Assembly: GCA_012295275.1 (NCBI GenBank)
Contig: CM022670.1
Location: 17,670,001-17,734,000 of the forward strand
DNA length: 64,000 bases
Direction: 5' to 3'
DNA from: Chrysomallon squamiferum
Taxonomy: Eukaryota; Animalia; Mollusca
The translations under genes were made by a program, and so were the position numbers. Of this stretch, positions 1 through 14,137 are shown one piece after another. The notes beneath the pieces were generated by a model, which saw nothing but the letters and a program-made list of their open reading frames with translations, searched no databases and was not told the DNA's origin. Each line of letters starts with the position of its first letter. The stretch's first letter is position 1.

Positions 1-534
1 GACGGCGCTACATCTGCCATATTGCACCGCTTGCGTCGTTGATGAACGCCGGTCAGAAACTCGTGAAGAGCTCTGGTCCTTCCAAGTGCTTATTGAACTA
101 TCATCTCCAGTGGCGACACCTGGTGTCAGAAGCACACATAGCACGCGCAAATTAGCTCGATTTTCTCCTAATAAGAAACCGATATCGAAGGAGGGTCACG
201 TGCGGTGTTATCGCGCACGCTAGACTGGCTTGTGGTCGGGTTCCGCGTTTGACGCATCACCGCAGACGAGACATCTAGATATGTACTTAAACTTTAACAG
301 TGGTTTAATTCCTGTCATTATTTCACACCAGACTCTCACATATCAAATATTTATAACTTTATCTTTCACTTTTTCTCTCTATTCTTTTTTTTTTTTCTTC
401 TCCATTCTTTTCATTTCATATATTTATTTTCTCGCTTTCTTTTTTTAATTTTCTGTCATCTTCTTTTATGTATTCAAAATCCATATTTATCAGTAAAATA
501 AATACACGATTCTTTTCATCATTGTCATTAAACA

Positions 535-780
535 GGTGCTTTTTCTGGTAAAACTCAAAGAGATCTCTTTTCATAATAAAAAAACTTCGAATGGTCTCTT
601 TTCGCAGTAAAAAAAACTCTCAAAGCGGTTTCTTTTCACAGAAAAACAAACACAGGACACTACGCAGGATTCTGTTCACAACAAAAGTCAAAGAGGCCTT
701 TTTTTCAGAATAAAACACATGTAGGTCACTCTGTCACGGTAAAAATAAAAAAATAAGTCTCTTTTCTTAGTAAAACAGCA
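535..780. repeat. Degenerate ~30-bp tandem repeat (TCTTTTCACAGTAAAA...CAAAGAGGTC-like), about 8 units
   Basis: Recurrent tcttttca/tctgtca...taaaa...aaag blocks at roughly 30-nt spacing. Confidence 0.55.
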
Positions 781-1494
781 GAGCCCTATGTGTAAATAAA
801 ATACTGTCACTCCTCCGTCCCTCTCTAAATCTATACAAAACATTACACATACAAGAGTAACATTATAATTCTATTAGTAATGAAAAATAAACATAAATAA
901 ACAATTAGTACTAACAAACTGAATATTAAAGTAGGCGCCTTGTTTACAGTAAAATATATAACTGACATAAAATATGTATTTTTATTCACACATACTTTCT
1001 GTAAAAAAAAAAAAATGATACTTAAATTTAAAATAATCTGTTGGTACCGTTTATAAATTATAGCAGCTTATGCACAGACTTTAATGTGTCAAACTCGATA
1101 AAATATTGCACCCATCTTCACATGCATTTACATTCTGCATAAAATACTATAATCACCACGAGCCTAAAACGTACTTCGGTAATGACGTATTTGCGTAAAG
1201 AGTCGTCACAAAGCGTATTATTAAGATTAACTGGCTATAAGTAATCTTCTTTAGGACATGTTTTAATTGAAGATTCTAAGCCTAATCAATAGTAGTAAAA
1301 GAATCATTAAAAGTACTCGCTTTTTTTGCGTCGCTTTCCTGTATTTTACTAGCCCGAAGGAATACGTCGTGTTCTATTTAACTGTTGACAAATGTGAATG
1401 GTTGTTTGTAAATTAAACTCTAATTATAGTGGTACTTATATGAAATTACTGTCTATATCACGAATGTCGAGTACGTTTATTTGCAAATGTATTT

Positions 1495-1562
<68 letters not shown>

Positions 1563-1580
1563 TGACAAGAGAGAGAGAGA
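1495..1580. repeat. (GA)n microsatellite
   Basis: Read directly. Confidence 0.95.
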
Positions 1581-3003
1581 AGAACAACAACAACAACCCC
1601 TACCTGAAAAAAGATCATGAAAAATACGAGGAAATCAGGAAATTAGTAGTAGTAGTAGTAGTAATAGTAGAAATAACCAGTTTTAGTAGAAATGAATAGT
1701 ACGGTGCTAGTAGTCCTTGTATAATAATCATAGTGTTGACAGTAATAGTGTTACAAGTGCAAGTTTTCACTGTATTGATATATTAGTAATAATACTAGAA
1801 GTCATTGTACTTTAATAGTGATTGTAGTAGTTACAAATCTTTTTCTTTATGTATTTATAAAACGTTTGCCAAGATAACTTAAACTTCACCGTAAGTATTA
1901 ATTTTCTTTTCTAAAAATATTTAGAACATCTTTAAAGAGACAGTTTAAAAGTTATAAAAAATACATCTTAACACAAAAAGCTTTAAGTTCTCGAAATCTT
2001 TTTGTTACGAATTTCGTATAAATAATAATTAAAAAAATAAAAAAGTTCCAGAAAAATTGAAACAATACAAAATAAAAAAAAAAAAAAAAAAACCAAGGAA
2101 AAGAAACAGAAAATTACGTAACTTCAAGTAGGAGAACAATTTTTCTGAAGTAATTTCGCGGAAACTGTGAAGCAGACGATATCTCTGTGATGTGCAACCA
2201 AAGCAAAGGGAGATAAAAAGGAGAGTAAAAAAAAAAAAAAAAAACGAAATAAAAAACCCAGAAAAGAACGCGGGAATTCATCTGGCCATCTCTCTGTGAT
2301 CTCGTTTTGAGTGTTACTCAAGAGATCTTGTACCAAACCCTGACAATCGCAGACGAAAAACAGTCAAAGCGCGCCATTATTCTCAAAGAATAGCACGAAC
2401 GAAGATGCGTGTTTGCAAACTACTTCTGTATGGCACATGCTTGTACTGATTCCGTCGCGTTTGATGATTCTTTGAAGGTAGTCTTCACGTCGTTTCGTTA
2501 AAGAACAATATCCGTGAAGCAGGGTGTGTGTAAAAAGGCATCGTCAAGAGAGGCTAAATTAGGACTAATCTTCACTGTCACATGTGTTCGCTGGAATTCG
2601 TCAATCACAGTAAAAAAAAAAAAAAATATAAAAAAAAAAAAAAATAAGAATAATAAAAAAAAAAAAAAATAATAATAATAAAAAAAAAATTGAATTTTTT
2701 TTTATAAAATAAAATAAAAAGAAGAAATCAGAAATTAAAAGAACCAAGACCTAAGAAAACCTGCTATCTTTGAATCTATATATTCAACATGATCAGAGGC
2801 AAAGATTCAACAGAACAAGGATATTAGACTCAACAGGATTTAACAGTACAATAAAACTGTATATGTCATATTCTAAGTACACTTAAGTACATCCTATACC
2901 TCAACTACATATATTTCAATTTTTGTTTTTTTTTTTTTTTTTTCGTGTGTTTGTTCTTGTTTCGTATAAACTTGGATCACAGACTGGAGGTTGACAATCA
3001 GTC

Positions 3004-3075
3004 TACAGTAACTGATAGAAGTAATTGTACAGTAACTGATAGAAGTAATTGTACAGTAACTGATAGAAGTAATTG
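3004..3075. repeat. Perfect 24-bp tandem repeat x3 (TACAGTAACTGATAGAAGTAATTG)
   Basis: Three identical copies start at 3004, 3028 and 3052. Confidence 0.97.
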
Positions 3076-4359
3076 TTCATTCAGTCCCAATTATACACAC
3101 ATTTGTGTAAAAAATTCTGTTTACCTTTAGCGATTACATTTCACTGCCAATTACCAAACTCTACAGACGTCAAATCTCATCTTAAACCCTGTCTAATCGG
3201 TTTTTCTTTTCATTACTTCTTCTTCTTTTTTTTTCTTTTTGTTTCGTTTAAAGGTCACGTCGTTCGGTCAGACTTTACAATTTTTAAAATATATTTCCAG
3301 GTTGTTTTAAGACATTCTACATCGCGGGAAGAATTCAGTTTCTACAGGAGATATTCAGAAATATGTACTTTTTAAAATACAGTATCAGCAATAGATGATG
3401 AAACGCACAAAAACACTTTTTATTTAATAATAATACTTGATATGAGAAATGTATCGTCATCAGTATTCTGTCAGGTGAACTGTAAGAGATATTTTATATA
3501 CAACACAGAACAGACAGGAAACATCAAAGTGGGGAAAAACTCTTTATGTTCAATTTCATATTAAAAATTGTCTTGTTAATAACAAATACTTTAGTGAATG
3601 ATTTACTTCTCTTGACCGACCCTCTTAGATGCAAATTTCAGCAGAAGTTTTAGTATTGTAATAAAGAGTATATATACAAAATAATGAATGACAACAAGTC
3701 CAATAGTCTTTACTACTGGGGGGGGGGGAGTAAAGAAAAGAAAAGACAAGAAAAAAAGAACTACAGTATCAAAGAGATATCATCTAAAATTATTAAAAAA
3801 AAAAAAAAAAAAAAATAAAAATAAAATAATAATAATAATAATAATAAAATAAAAAAATAAAAAATTTGCTTGAGAAATACTGGAAAACGTCATCATAGTG
3901 AAGTTGACAAAAGAAATACGTTTAATAACAATTACTGTACAGGTTTAGAGACGTCATTTAATATCTTGAAGACATCACAGACAAGGAATATTAGATTTTT
4001 GTAAACACATGATATATAAGTTAGTAACAATGACTGCAGTATAAGTATATACCGTTCACATCTGTAGTGTCACAGTGAATGGAAACTTGAGACGGCGCAG
4101 ACACATAACGATACAATTTTTCTGTTTTGTAGTTTAGCAAAGGTCACTGAACGAGTATGTGGGTGGTATATCATAAAATTTGAGCGCAGAATGAAAACAT
4201 AAACATTAAAATAAAAACTAAATACAAGACATAATAATAAATAAAAACAGTTTCTGTGTCTACTATTATTTCTTTTCATTCCACTAACGTTACTTATCAA
4301 TTTAATTTTAAAAGTACTTACTACAAAACATCAGTTATTACTTTATGATCAAGAACAGA

Positions 4360-4625
4360 TACAACTACTACTACTGAATAAACAAGAACAGCTACAACAA
4401 CAATTACTACTACCAACTAAACTACTAGTATTATTACTACTACTGTTGCTACTACTACTACCACTATAACTACTGCTATCACTACCACTACTACTACAAC
4501 AACATCAACATGTACTACTACTACCATTAATACAACAACTAGTACTATTACTGATACCACAACTACTACTACCACTACTACTACAACTACAACTACTACT
4601 ACCAATGCTTCTATTATTATCACTT
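4360..4625. repeat. Degenerate (ACT/ACA/ACC)n trinucleotide tract
   Basis: Read directly. It explains the poly-Val ORF. Confidence 0.85.
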
Positions 4626-5189
4626 CTGCAAATACAACAGATACTATTGCTCTTATTACTATTACTATTACTTATTTAATTTTTGAAACAAATTAAAGTT
4701 CGCATTTTTAGGAAACAAAGGGAAGAGAAAAAAGAATGTTTCTTCAACAACTTAACATCGTCATAGACTTCATAAGTGGAAGATTTTTTTTCATCCGTAT
4801 GACAATACCATCAAACATTTCTTTTAGAATTTTTAAAATAGAAAATACGTTAAGTGGCACGCGCAATGCAGACGACACGATATTAAAACCGCAGTCGCTA
4901 ATAACCAAAATAGATTTTTTTTTTTTCTCCAGATAATTTTATTGCGCAAAGACGAGATGGGAAATCAGACATTCATTGTCAGAAAAAAAAAAAAAAATTA
5001 ATATCAGACTTTGTTACTATGGGAACAAGGTCAATATCACTTACAAATTAATATTCCTTGATTTGTTGGTTGGGGGAGGGAGGGATCACGAAGGAAAAAA
5101 AAATATATTTAAAAAAAAAAAAAAATGAAGATAATTAAAGAAAGAAAAAATCTAAAATTTTGATGGGTTTTTTTTCTTATCTCATCCGT

Positions 5190-5285
5190 AGCAAGAAGAG
5201 GTAATATATATGCACCTTCTCGTACATTTCACAAAACATATCACAATCTTTAATAAACAGGGCTGGGGCAGTGACTAAAAATAGC
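5190..5285 (-). mobile_element. Short degenerate SINE central-domain fragment
   Basis: ATATATGCACCTTCTC...ACATATCACAATCTTTAATAAACAGGGCTGGGGCAGTGACT. Its reverse complement has patchy similarity to 44291-44375. Confidence 0.3.
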
Positions 5286-5868
5286 ACAACGAAGAATAAA
5301 TCCTGCCATTTCAAGTCTGACCTTGCACAGAACATTTAAAAATCAACAATAAAAACATGTCCCCGAAAAAACCGTGCTAGTGGTCTTTGAATGTGTTTTT
5401 CGTTTGGTCAGTGTATCGTGTAATTTCAGTCTCTGACCCATAACAGATGTTCGTGTTATTGTCTTCAAAAACCAGCTGACCATAAAAAGAATACCATTAG
5501 TTTTTAAAAGTGATATAAAAACCTTTTTTAATTATCATATTAGATGCTACAAGAAGCAGAGACCGAAAATATCACAAAGAACAACAAAGATATAAAAAAA
5601 AAATAAAAAAAAAAAAAAAAAAAGGGGTTGGAAAAGAAAAAGAAATTACACTAAGGAAAAGCTAACAGAAATTATACAAAGAGGATAGTTATTTTGCTAT
5701 GTACACAAAAGAAGATAGAAAATCTATACAAAGAAGAAAAACTATTATTGAAAACCTATTTAAATACTTTCAGTAAAATATTTTATTCATTATTTTACAG
5801 TGTTAAATATTTTACTGACCAAATATACTACACAGCACATTTTTTTTACCCTCCCTACATTATTATAA

Positions 5869-5952
<84 letters not shown>

Positions 5953-5972
5953 CAAACAAACAAACAAACAAA
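5869..5972. repeat. Compound microsatellite (AAT)n(AAAT)n(AAAC)n
   Basis: Read directly. Confidence 0.92.
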
Positions 5973-7001
5973 ATAGAGTAAAATTAAATAAAATTAAATT
6001 AAATTAAAAACAAAATAAATAAATAAAAAAAAAACAAAAACAAAATAACTACAGAGAAAACCCTTTTTAAACAAAACCCTACCCTAGACACACATTTTTC
6101 TCTGGCCCTGGGAATTCCTCGTAAAGTGTGTAGTCTATTAATCTGTGGAGCGCGGAAAGAGAAGAAGCCGAGAGTAATGTACTAACAGCTTGTATTGGCA
6201 GTTAATTCATTTCACATAAAACTCCATCAACAAGCAGCGCGAGCATGTAAAACCGAGCATTTAATGTGACCCCCTCACCCTTGCTCAGTTTGTCTATTTA
6301 CTCTCTCTTTAATCGTCCAGAACGGTCGGGGGGGTGGGGGGAGCGGAGGAGGAGGGAGGAGGGTAGGCCGACGGAGGCGGCGGTGGGGGGGAGCGAAGAA
6401 AGGAGGAGGTAGAGAGTCTGATTTATCGCACGGTTCGGTTGAGAAATGTACAAAAACCATCAACGTTGTCGGCCGCGATGGTGCCGTTGGAGCGTGACGG
6501 TGGCGGACAAAGTGTACACGTAGAGCGTATTATTTTCAGCCGAGTGGGTTGGAAAGCGGCGTTAAAGCGACAAACAGGTAGCTACTGATCAGCTCTTTCA
6601 CGAAACCCAGTCGCCCATTGTCGATCGGTGAGGTATGAATAAAGGGGAAAACCAACAGTGTCACGGGGGTGGGCCGGATGGTTGTTACAGGGTGTCGAGA
6701 AACGCGGTAGGGGGTAGCCAGACCATCAGATCGACTCAGAATGATTAAAAGCCAGCGCTGAAGCTTTTCGCTGATATCGCATAGAAACCCACATTCATTA
6801 TGTGAAGCGCGGAACCGTGAAATGAACGCAGACATAATGAATTGAGCGAGGTCTGGTAGATGAAGTGAAAAATAAAAAAAAAGAAGAAGAAGAAAAAAAA
6901 AAAAATGCAAAATACACGACTGAAGAAGAAGGTGTGGAGTTTATAAAGGGGATTAAGAAGAAGAAATAAAAAGTAAGATAATATGGTGTATATATATGTA
7001 T

Positions 7002-7243
7002 GAAATAAACCAATCTGTGAAAGAAAGGAAGCCAAAAAATATTAAAATAAACAAACAGAACAGAGCTACAACAAAAGAAAAAGAAAAAGAAAAATGTAAG
7101 AAAAGAGAAAAAAGAAGAATAGGAAATAAACCAATCTGTAAAAGAAAGGAAGCCAAAAAATATTAAAATAAACAAACAGAACAGAGCTACAACAAAAGAA
7201 AAAGAAAAAGAAAAATGTAAGAAAAGAGAAAAAAGAAGAAAAG
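7002..7243. repeat. Near-perfect 121-bp tandem duplication
   Basis: GAAATAAACCAATCTGT...AAGAAGAA starts at 7002 and again at 7123, with very few mismatches. Confidence 0.93.
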
Positions 7244-7373
7244 GAAGAAAAATGAAGATAAAGAAGAAGAAAAAGGAAACGGAAAAAATATATTTATAAA
7301 AGAGAAAAATGTACCTAACATTAATATCGGTCTCTCTCTTTCTCTATCTATCTATCTATCTATCTATCTATTT

Positions 7374-7404
<31 letters not shown>

Positions 7405-7414
7405 TTTATTTATT

Positions 7415-7456
<42 letters not shown>

Positions 7457-8204
7457 GCTTAAAAGTTATTTCAACATTTCGTTTTTTATTTTCAAAATAT
7501 ATTTTTATTTATTATTTTTAATTATTTGATTTGTTTTTATTATTATTATTATTATTTTGTAGGTCTTGGAGCGATTTGGTTTCCTTTTTCATAATTAAAA
7601 TTTTCTTGTATTAATTTATAATTTTTTTTTTTTAGATTAAAATAACATCAAATGCATTTTCATAATTCTTTTTCCTTTTCTTTTAACAAAATTTTTACGT
7701 ACGTAAATAACTGTTTGTTGTTTGTGTACACAAACAGTTACTTATTTCAGTGACATTAATGAAATCGTGGCATAAAAAGGATAAATAACACAAAAATAAA
7801 TAACATTCTCTTGTCAAAATGGCACATGATTAGGAAAACAAGTCATCGATCACCAGTCTATTTCTGAAAGGAATTCGACATTTGACGGATCGCCTGACAG
7901 AAATCAGTCTACTGTATATATAGCGTACAATGGAGATCAGCTTATGACTGTCAACGTTTTCTGTCCTTCACACATCTTGTCCACCACACAGGTGCTTTAA
8001 TGTTCTTAGATGCAAGTATGTGTCAAAAGATTGATAGGTGTCGGTGATTTTAGAAACAACAAACACATGTGGATATTTTTAATACATTCGTCGTCATAGT
8101 TCATTCTTTGTGATCATTTGCATTATATAGAAGAATAAAGATATTTGTGTTGTATATATTTGGTCATGTGTACGTATACATGATTTATGTAGGATTTAAC
8201 ATAC

Positions 8205-8409
8205 CTTCTGAGCACGCCACCTAGGAGAGACGCATTGAGACATTCAGGAGGCGATAATCGTCTTTGCACTTCTGCGACTGTGACTTTGTATTTTGACGTG
8301 GAACTGAGTAGAGAAAGCCGACCAGGAACTGAGCAGAAGACGTCATTTGGTGACGTCATACCGGATATCACGAGGTCTTTATTGTGTTCATTTTTAGGTC
8401 TGATACCAG
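8205..8409 (-). CDS. TFAP2: Transcription factor AP-2, coding exon with the N-terminal part of the basic DNA-binding domain
   Basis: The minus strand reads ttttcag|CT GGT ATC... to ...GTG CTC AGA AG|gtatgt, 205 nt, phase 1/2. It encodes ...[48 protein letters not shown](R), nearly identical to the conserved AP-2 domain. Confidence 0.97.
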
Positions 8410-8473
8410 CTGAAAATAATAAAAATAAATAAATAAATAAAATTAAATAAATATTTTTATTTGTCATAATCCT

Positions 8474-8615
8474 GCACATCATTATCAGTCATACGATACA
8501 AAATGTACATCATTACCAGTCATACATTACATACCGCACATCATTACCATTCATGTGTTACATATTGTACATCGTTAGTCACACGTTACATATTGTTCAC
8601 CAAGCCATACGTACT
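8474..8615. repeat. Degenerate ~31-bp tandem repeat (ACATCATTACCAGTCATACGTTACATATTGT-like), 4-5 units
   Basis: Recurrent acatcatta(c/t)cagtcata motif just upstream of the acceptor of the DNA-binding-domain exon. Confidence 0.75.
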
Positions 8616-9149
8616 GATTCTACAGTACTAGCCATGTGTTGCAAAGTGTATGTTACAGACGTCACGTAATAATATTGCATTATATTCAGTTGTTGGTGTT
8701 TTCATAACTATTACTACAAGAAGTAAGGAGAAAGCGATTTCTGTTCAGTTGTCACATGATTGTAATATATCTATTAAACCATAATAATGAAAACATTTAG
8801 AACTGTTTCCCCTTCCTTTTCATTTTTCTTTATTTAACTTGAAAGCCTTTTAAAAACTAATGCGCTTTCATGACGTCAAAATTGAAAACGAGACATGAAG
8901 CGTGTCTGTCTCGTGCGCAAAGGAAGTGGACACTGCTTCCGTGACAGCTGTTTTCGACGGAGACCAATTATCGAACTCGAACTTGGAGACGGAGTTCGTC
9001 TCTACCAAATCAGCCATATTTTGTGCAATTTCTCTAGTAACACCAATTTGACTTCTTTATCCTCGTAAATGGTAGTTTCCTTTGTTACTGACTTGTCAAC
9101 GAGCGAAATAATAGCCAACTTTGAACTCAAACGCGCGACACTACTGCTT

Positions 9150-9160
9150 TGCCCAGGGCA
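9150..9160. promoter_or_regulatory. Consensus AP-2 binding site (TGCCCAGGGCA) in a TFAP2 intron
   Basis: Exact palindromic match to GCCNNNGGC with T/A flanks, within a CpG-retaining island. Confidence 0.4.
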
Positions 9161-12100
9161 AGGAATGCTTGGTCGGATCAAACAGAAGTTATGGCAGAGG
9201 TTTAAAAGAAACCGTTTTTAACAATAATATTCTGTTGTTTTGTATGACTAAATAATTTCTACTTCAAAGATAAAGTAGAGTAATAAAAAGAAGAACATGC
9301 TAACCAGGAGCCCGATATTAGCACGAGTGACAGAAAACATAAATTACGAAATAGTTTCAGTGATATATTAGTTTTATAATTTATTTGTTAGTCACTGCAA
9401 ACAACACAGCTAAAAATGCCACTGCTTTTATGCACTGATATCAGCATCAAGAACAATAACTACTACTACTACTGCTTTTCGTGCTGCAGTTACTATTTCT
9501 ATTGTTATTGTTACTACTACAAAAACATTCAAGAACAATAGCTGTAATAACTAGGACTAATACCATTACTACTGCAACGACTTTATATAAAATTTAAAAT
9601 GGAAGCTGTAGTTGCTGCAGAATCGTTGAGATATAATTTAAATTTGTTTTGGTTAATTGAGTAAAACATGTTGTTTTCATAACGTCTTACTTGTATCGGA
9701 TGTATTTTACTTATATTAACTTCAGTATAGCTCCACCTAACGTGATTCAAACTCTTCGTGGCTCTAGATTAAATCAGAAGATGAATACTGCAGAATAATG
9801 TGGGGAGATCAAAATACTGGACAAAAGCTTTGTAATAAGCATGTAGATTAAACTGAAGAATAAAGGTGTAGACTAAAGTAGCAGACAAAACTGAAGAATA
9901 AAATTGTAAACTAAAACTGTAGATGAAAACTGTAGATGAAAATTGTAGATGATCATGACTAATCATGATCAAAGACACGCGAAGCTTCATGGAGTCACAG
10001 TACACAATTTTCTATTGATCCACAGGGAAAGCAATTAAAGCGAGCTTGTATTTTATTGAAATCTTACCTAATTGATAACCTGGACATTTGAAATATTTAT
10101 TTTTGCCGTATCGGCGGAAATTTTTAGTTTCATTTCCCGAAAAATAGTAAAATGGAAACTGTTATGCTTGGCCTCTTTGATCTTACTGGGAGGTTTCGAT
10201 AGCACGTCCTGTTTGGATCTTAGCTAAATCGTTAAACAAGAGCAGCAGAAACGAAAATACGATCCATTTTTTTTTTTTCTCCATGTATGTCATTACAGAA
10301 GCAAATCGTTATGTCCCGCATTCACAGTCGCTCTTGTCATGTCGCACGAGGTTGCGCGAGGAAGAATTACGCGCTGCATGATGGGACTCTTTGATCTGAG
10401 TCGACTGATGTATGAAGAGATGCTGAAATCATGAGAATAATTAAAAATTGAATTTGTCGAAACCCAGATCTCATCGCGTCTCGTGCTGGTCGGAGAGTAA
10501 GATTCATCCACAATGAGCTCACCAAGAGCGCCATCTCGCGTTAATGAGCAGACAATTGTAAAGGGAGACAATGCACTGCGAGTTAAGAGAATAGTTAAAC
10601 AAGACGTCGATATTTTTTTTTTTTTTTTCTTTTCTTGTACTTTTTTATTTGGCGAAAAAAAAATCTCCTAGCTTTCATTGAATTGTTTCTTACGATTTTG
10701 AATTCTCCCGCTGTTTTCTTAAAATAAAATAAACAATTATGTTTACTATAACGATTTCTAGACGAGGAGAGATCGAAACAAGATTATTTATAACTCATCT
10801 GAGTAAATGTTTTTAATCTTGCTTTTAAAGTCTTGTATTAACAAGAAAAGACGTATTTAACAACACACTTCTTATCTTAAATTAAATTTATGTCAAGTAC
10901 ACTATATGTATACATATATATTTGCGCGTGTATATGAATACGTATGTGCGCGTATCTGTGTTTGTGTGTGAATTCTGAATCTTATTTTAATTATAAAATT
11001 ATAAAAATGTAATCGTGTAATTTATATCAGAAATAAATAAATAAACATACATACATTCACTGTTATGAAAAACAATTTTATATAGATAGACAGACAGTCT
11101 GACACATACATAGATATAGATATAGATGGTTATAAAGATAGATATACAAATAGATAGACAGACGGATAGACAGATTATGTGTGTGTTTAACATTGGTTTA
11201 ACTTATGCAACTCGCGCACTAAAACAACAGTAGAAAGCCTTGGACTCATTCAGGTAGTCTAGAGATGAGTAAGAACCCCTTGATCCGCGGCCTAACAATA
11301 ACATTCAGTTTAGCAGTCAATCATTCTACAAATGACATACGTTTGCTTGCGTCAGAATAAACTAATTTTCAATAAAAGTCAGGCTAATTAACCCTGTCAC
11401 GTCACTCTACTTTGATCTCGGCGGTGTTGAGGTGGTGCGTGTGGAAAGGAGGGAACCATTTCAATACACCACTGTACACAAACAAATATTTGCAGCAAAC
11501 TTTCTTAATTTGATAGACAAACAGTCGTGGAGTGGAGCCTCCTCTAATAGTGGTGGAAACGACGAACTAGAACAAACGCGTCAATGGCCGTTGTTGACAT
11601 CAAAAATTTACAAGTTGGTGAAAATCCGTAATGCGACCAAATCACTTGAGTTTTAACACGTGCGAGTGCATGTCGAAGAATCATTAAAGAAATTAACAAC
11701 TGACACCCGTCTGAAAATTGAGTCAATATCGTGTGTGGGCGTTAGAAGTTTTGGTAATAGGGTAAATCCTTCCTTTCAAGGCGCACCAGATATCTCGTAC
11801 GACAGCTTGTTAACGTAACAATATTAACAAATCCCAAGCTTAACGGATTTACAACAAGACATTATTATCTTTTTTTTTTTTTTTTTTTTTTTTTTATTTT
11901 TTTTTTTTATATAAAATTTAAATTAGATATTTTTTTAAATTAATTTATTTGGAATCCTAATACAAAATAAACGATGTTAAATTAATACTTGACTTCCATT
12001 CAAAGTAAATTTAGTAAAATAATAATTTATTATAATATTTGTAGAAATAATGTAATAAATTAATTGTTCTGAAGATGCTACGGTTGCTATTATATATTGT

Positions 12101-12302
12101 AATATTTTTGACCAAAAAAAAAAAAAAAAGCATGTTTTTGTAATTACTTGAGAAAATACTTTAAAAATATTATTTATTTTTATTTATTTATTTTGTATTC
12201 TTCGTCACTTTTCATTAAATTATAACTGAATTTTTAAAGAAATTTCTGATCAGTATTTTAATACAATATCTGTATTATTAAAGATATATATATATGTAGA
12301 AA

Positions 12303-12390
<88 letters not shown>
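12303..12390. repeat. (GA)n microsatellite
   Basis: Read directly. Confidence 0.95.
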
Positions 12391-12393
<3 letters not shown>

Positions 12394-14137
12394 TTTATAT
12401 TAATGAAATGAATAACTGTTTGTATGGATAAAATAATATTTATGGAACATAATATTTGACATTTGGGATCAGGTTTAAATTAAATAAAGTATTAGTGTTA
12501 TAAAGAAGATAAACCTTTGTAAGCATTGTATTAAAACTAACTAACTAAATAAATAAATAAATAAATAGTTTAAAAAATGTTAAAAAATAAATATTAATAA
12601 ATAAATATTAGAAAGAAAAAATAAAAATAAAATAGAAAGTAACGGCAATGAAGTGAATAAATATCTATATTTGACAAGTCCATAAGTGTCTTGTTAAGTA
12701 TATTTCATAATTAATTATAGAACATATCTTTTTTGTCATTTCCTTTACAAATGTACATCAAGGGTAAATTAATTTACAGATGTTTTTAACCCACTAAAAA
12801 TCCATTCACTGAACAGAAATGTACGTAAGACAGTATTCATCTTAGTCTTTTCCAACAGTCAGCCGCCTTCAAACAATCGCAGTTCCTTCAGCTCTAATTT
12901 CACTAGACAAAACCTCGTCTTTTCTCGCGAGAACACTTTTTTTTTTTTTTTTGGTTTTGAGATCTCAGCTTGATTTGACCCGCGGCTGATTTTGGCGTTC
13001 CTACTGCTTTGAGAAGTGCCAATTAAAGATGGCGTCAAGATGATAGTCAGAACATACACGTGCATTATTCGCGTCAAGGGAAGGAGGGAAAATATGGGCT
13101 GGCCGAAACAGCCGAGTCAGGCCTGTGAAATTTGGAAACAAACTGACAAATTTTTAGACGAAACGCGTGTCTATAGCACACTTCGACAAGGCGTTGATGC
13201 ATAACAGGTAACATAAAATCATCAATTTAAAACCTACAGAGCCCTAGGGGAAAACGTCTCTTTTATTTTTTTATCCAGCTGAATATTTTCTGGTTGCCTC
13301 TCTCTTATTATTCTTGTACAATAAGCCCTTAGATGAATGCGATTTTATCTACATGGCCAGGAGGTAAAAATAAGGCTAAAATTTGAGTATATTGTATTTC
13401 AATAGATACAACGACAATGTGAGACGTTTGCCACAGTGTGAGGCTTAACACTCGAACACAATGATAAAGTCAGAAGCAAGCAGCCACCGATGTACCGTAC
13501 TAATTTAGTCTGCTAATAATCCAGTCACCACTTGACAAAGATACAACGACACCAGTGAAAAGATTTTCTTTATAGATGGTTTTAAAAGATCATGCTCTTG
13601 GCTTGTAATGAAGTGTTTAAATCTGATATCCTAATTTTATGCATCCCGCATCGATTCTTCTTCTTTTTTTTTTTTTTTTTTTTCTTTTTTTTAACCCTCA
13701 CAAATAAAGTCACAAACGATAACACGTGGTGATGGATGACAAGCCTTTCTGTTGCATCTGTCATCGTTATAAACCTTATCTCGTATAAATGTATACAACG
13801 CTGATGAAAATATTAAAATTACACTAATCATACAGAAATAATTAAGATCTTTCGAACCCCACCCCTAGTGAACATCTCTATCCAGTTAAAGTGTAAAATT
13901 CTGTCAGCCAATCAGAAGTGTTGCTAAAATGTCCACATTTACTTCTACCTAAACCTTATGTAAAAACACGAATACTGAGTAAAGTATTCCGTGTTTACAC
14001 GTTATATCTAAGATAAGTTCATACCAAACGCAGAATTGCAATCAAGTATCTTAAACCAAGTCGACAAACCAATCACGACTATTATTATAGTCACGTGACA
14101 TAAATATAAAATATCGAAAAGATGAACGATTACTTAC

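Larger units (their letters stand above)
1..8204 (-). other. TFAP2 intron (phase 2), apparently extending beyond the left edge of the window
   Basis: Donor gtatgt begins at 8204. The expected next exon (AKSKNGG...) was not found by eye in 1-8204. Confidence 0.7.
8410..14137 (-). other. TFAP2 intron (5,728 nt, GT-AG, phase 1)
   Basis: Donor gtaagt (plus-strand acttac at 14132-14137) and acceptor ttttcag (plus-strand ct at 8410-8411). The split codon is G|CT = Ala. Confidence 0.88.

Noticed and set aside
6275-6910. Minus-strand ORFs (62 aa Pro-rich and 124 aa) as further AP-2 exons
   Set aside because: They do not resemble the expected AKSKNGG or helix-span-helix sequence. The poly-Pro comes from the G-tract.
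8235-8432. Plus-strand 65-aa ORF
   Set aside because: It is the antisense frame of the AP-2 exon.
8123-8482. The 119-aa ORF taken as a complete single-exon protein
   Set aside because: Only 8205-8409 is AP-2-like. The flanks are intronic (AAAT)n-derived and AT-rich read-through beyond clear splice sites.
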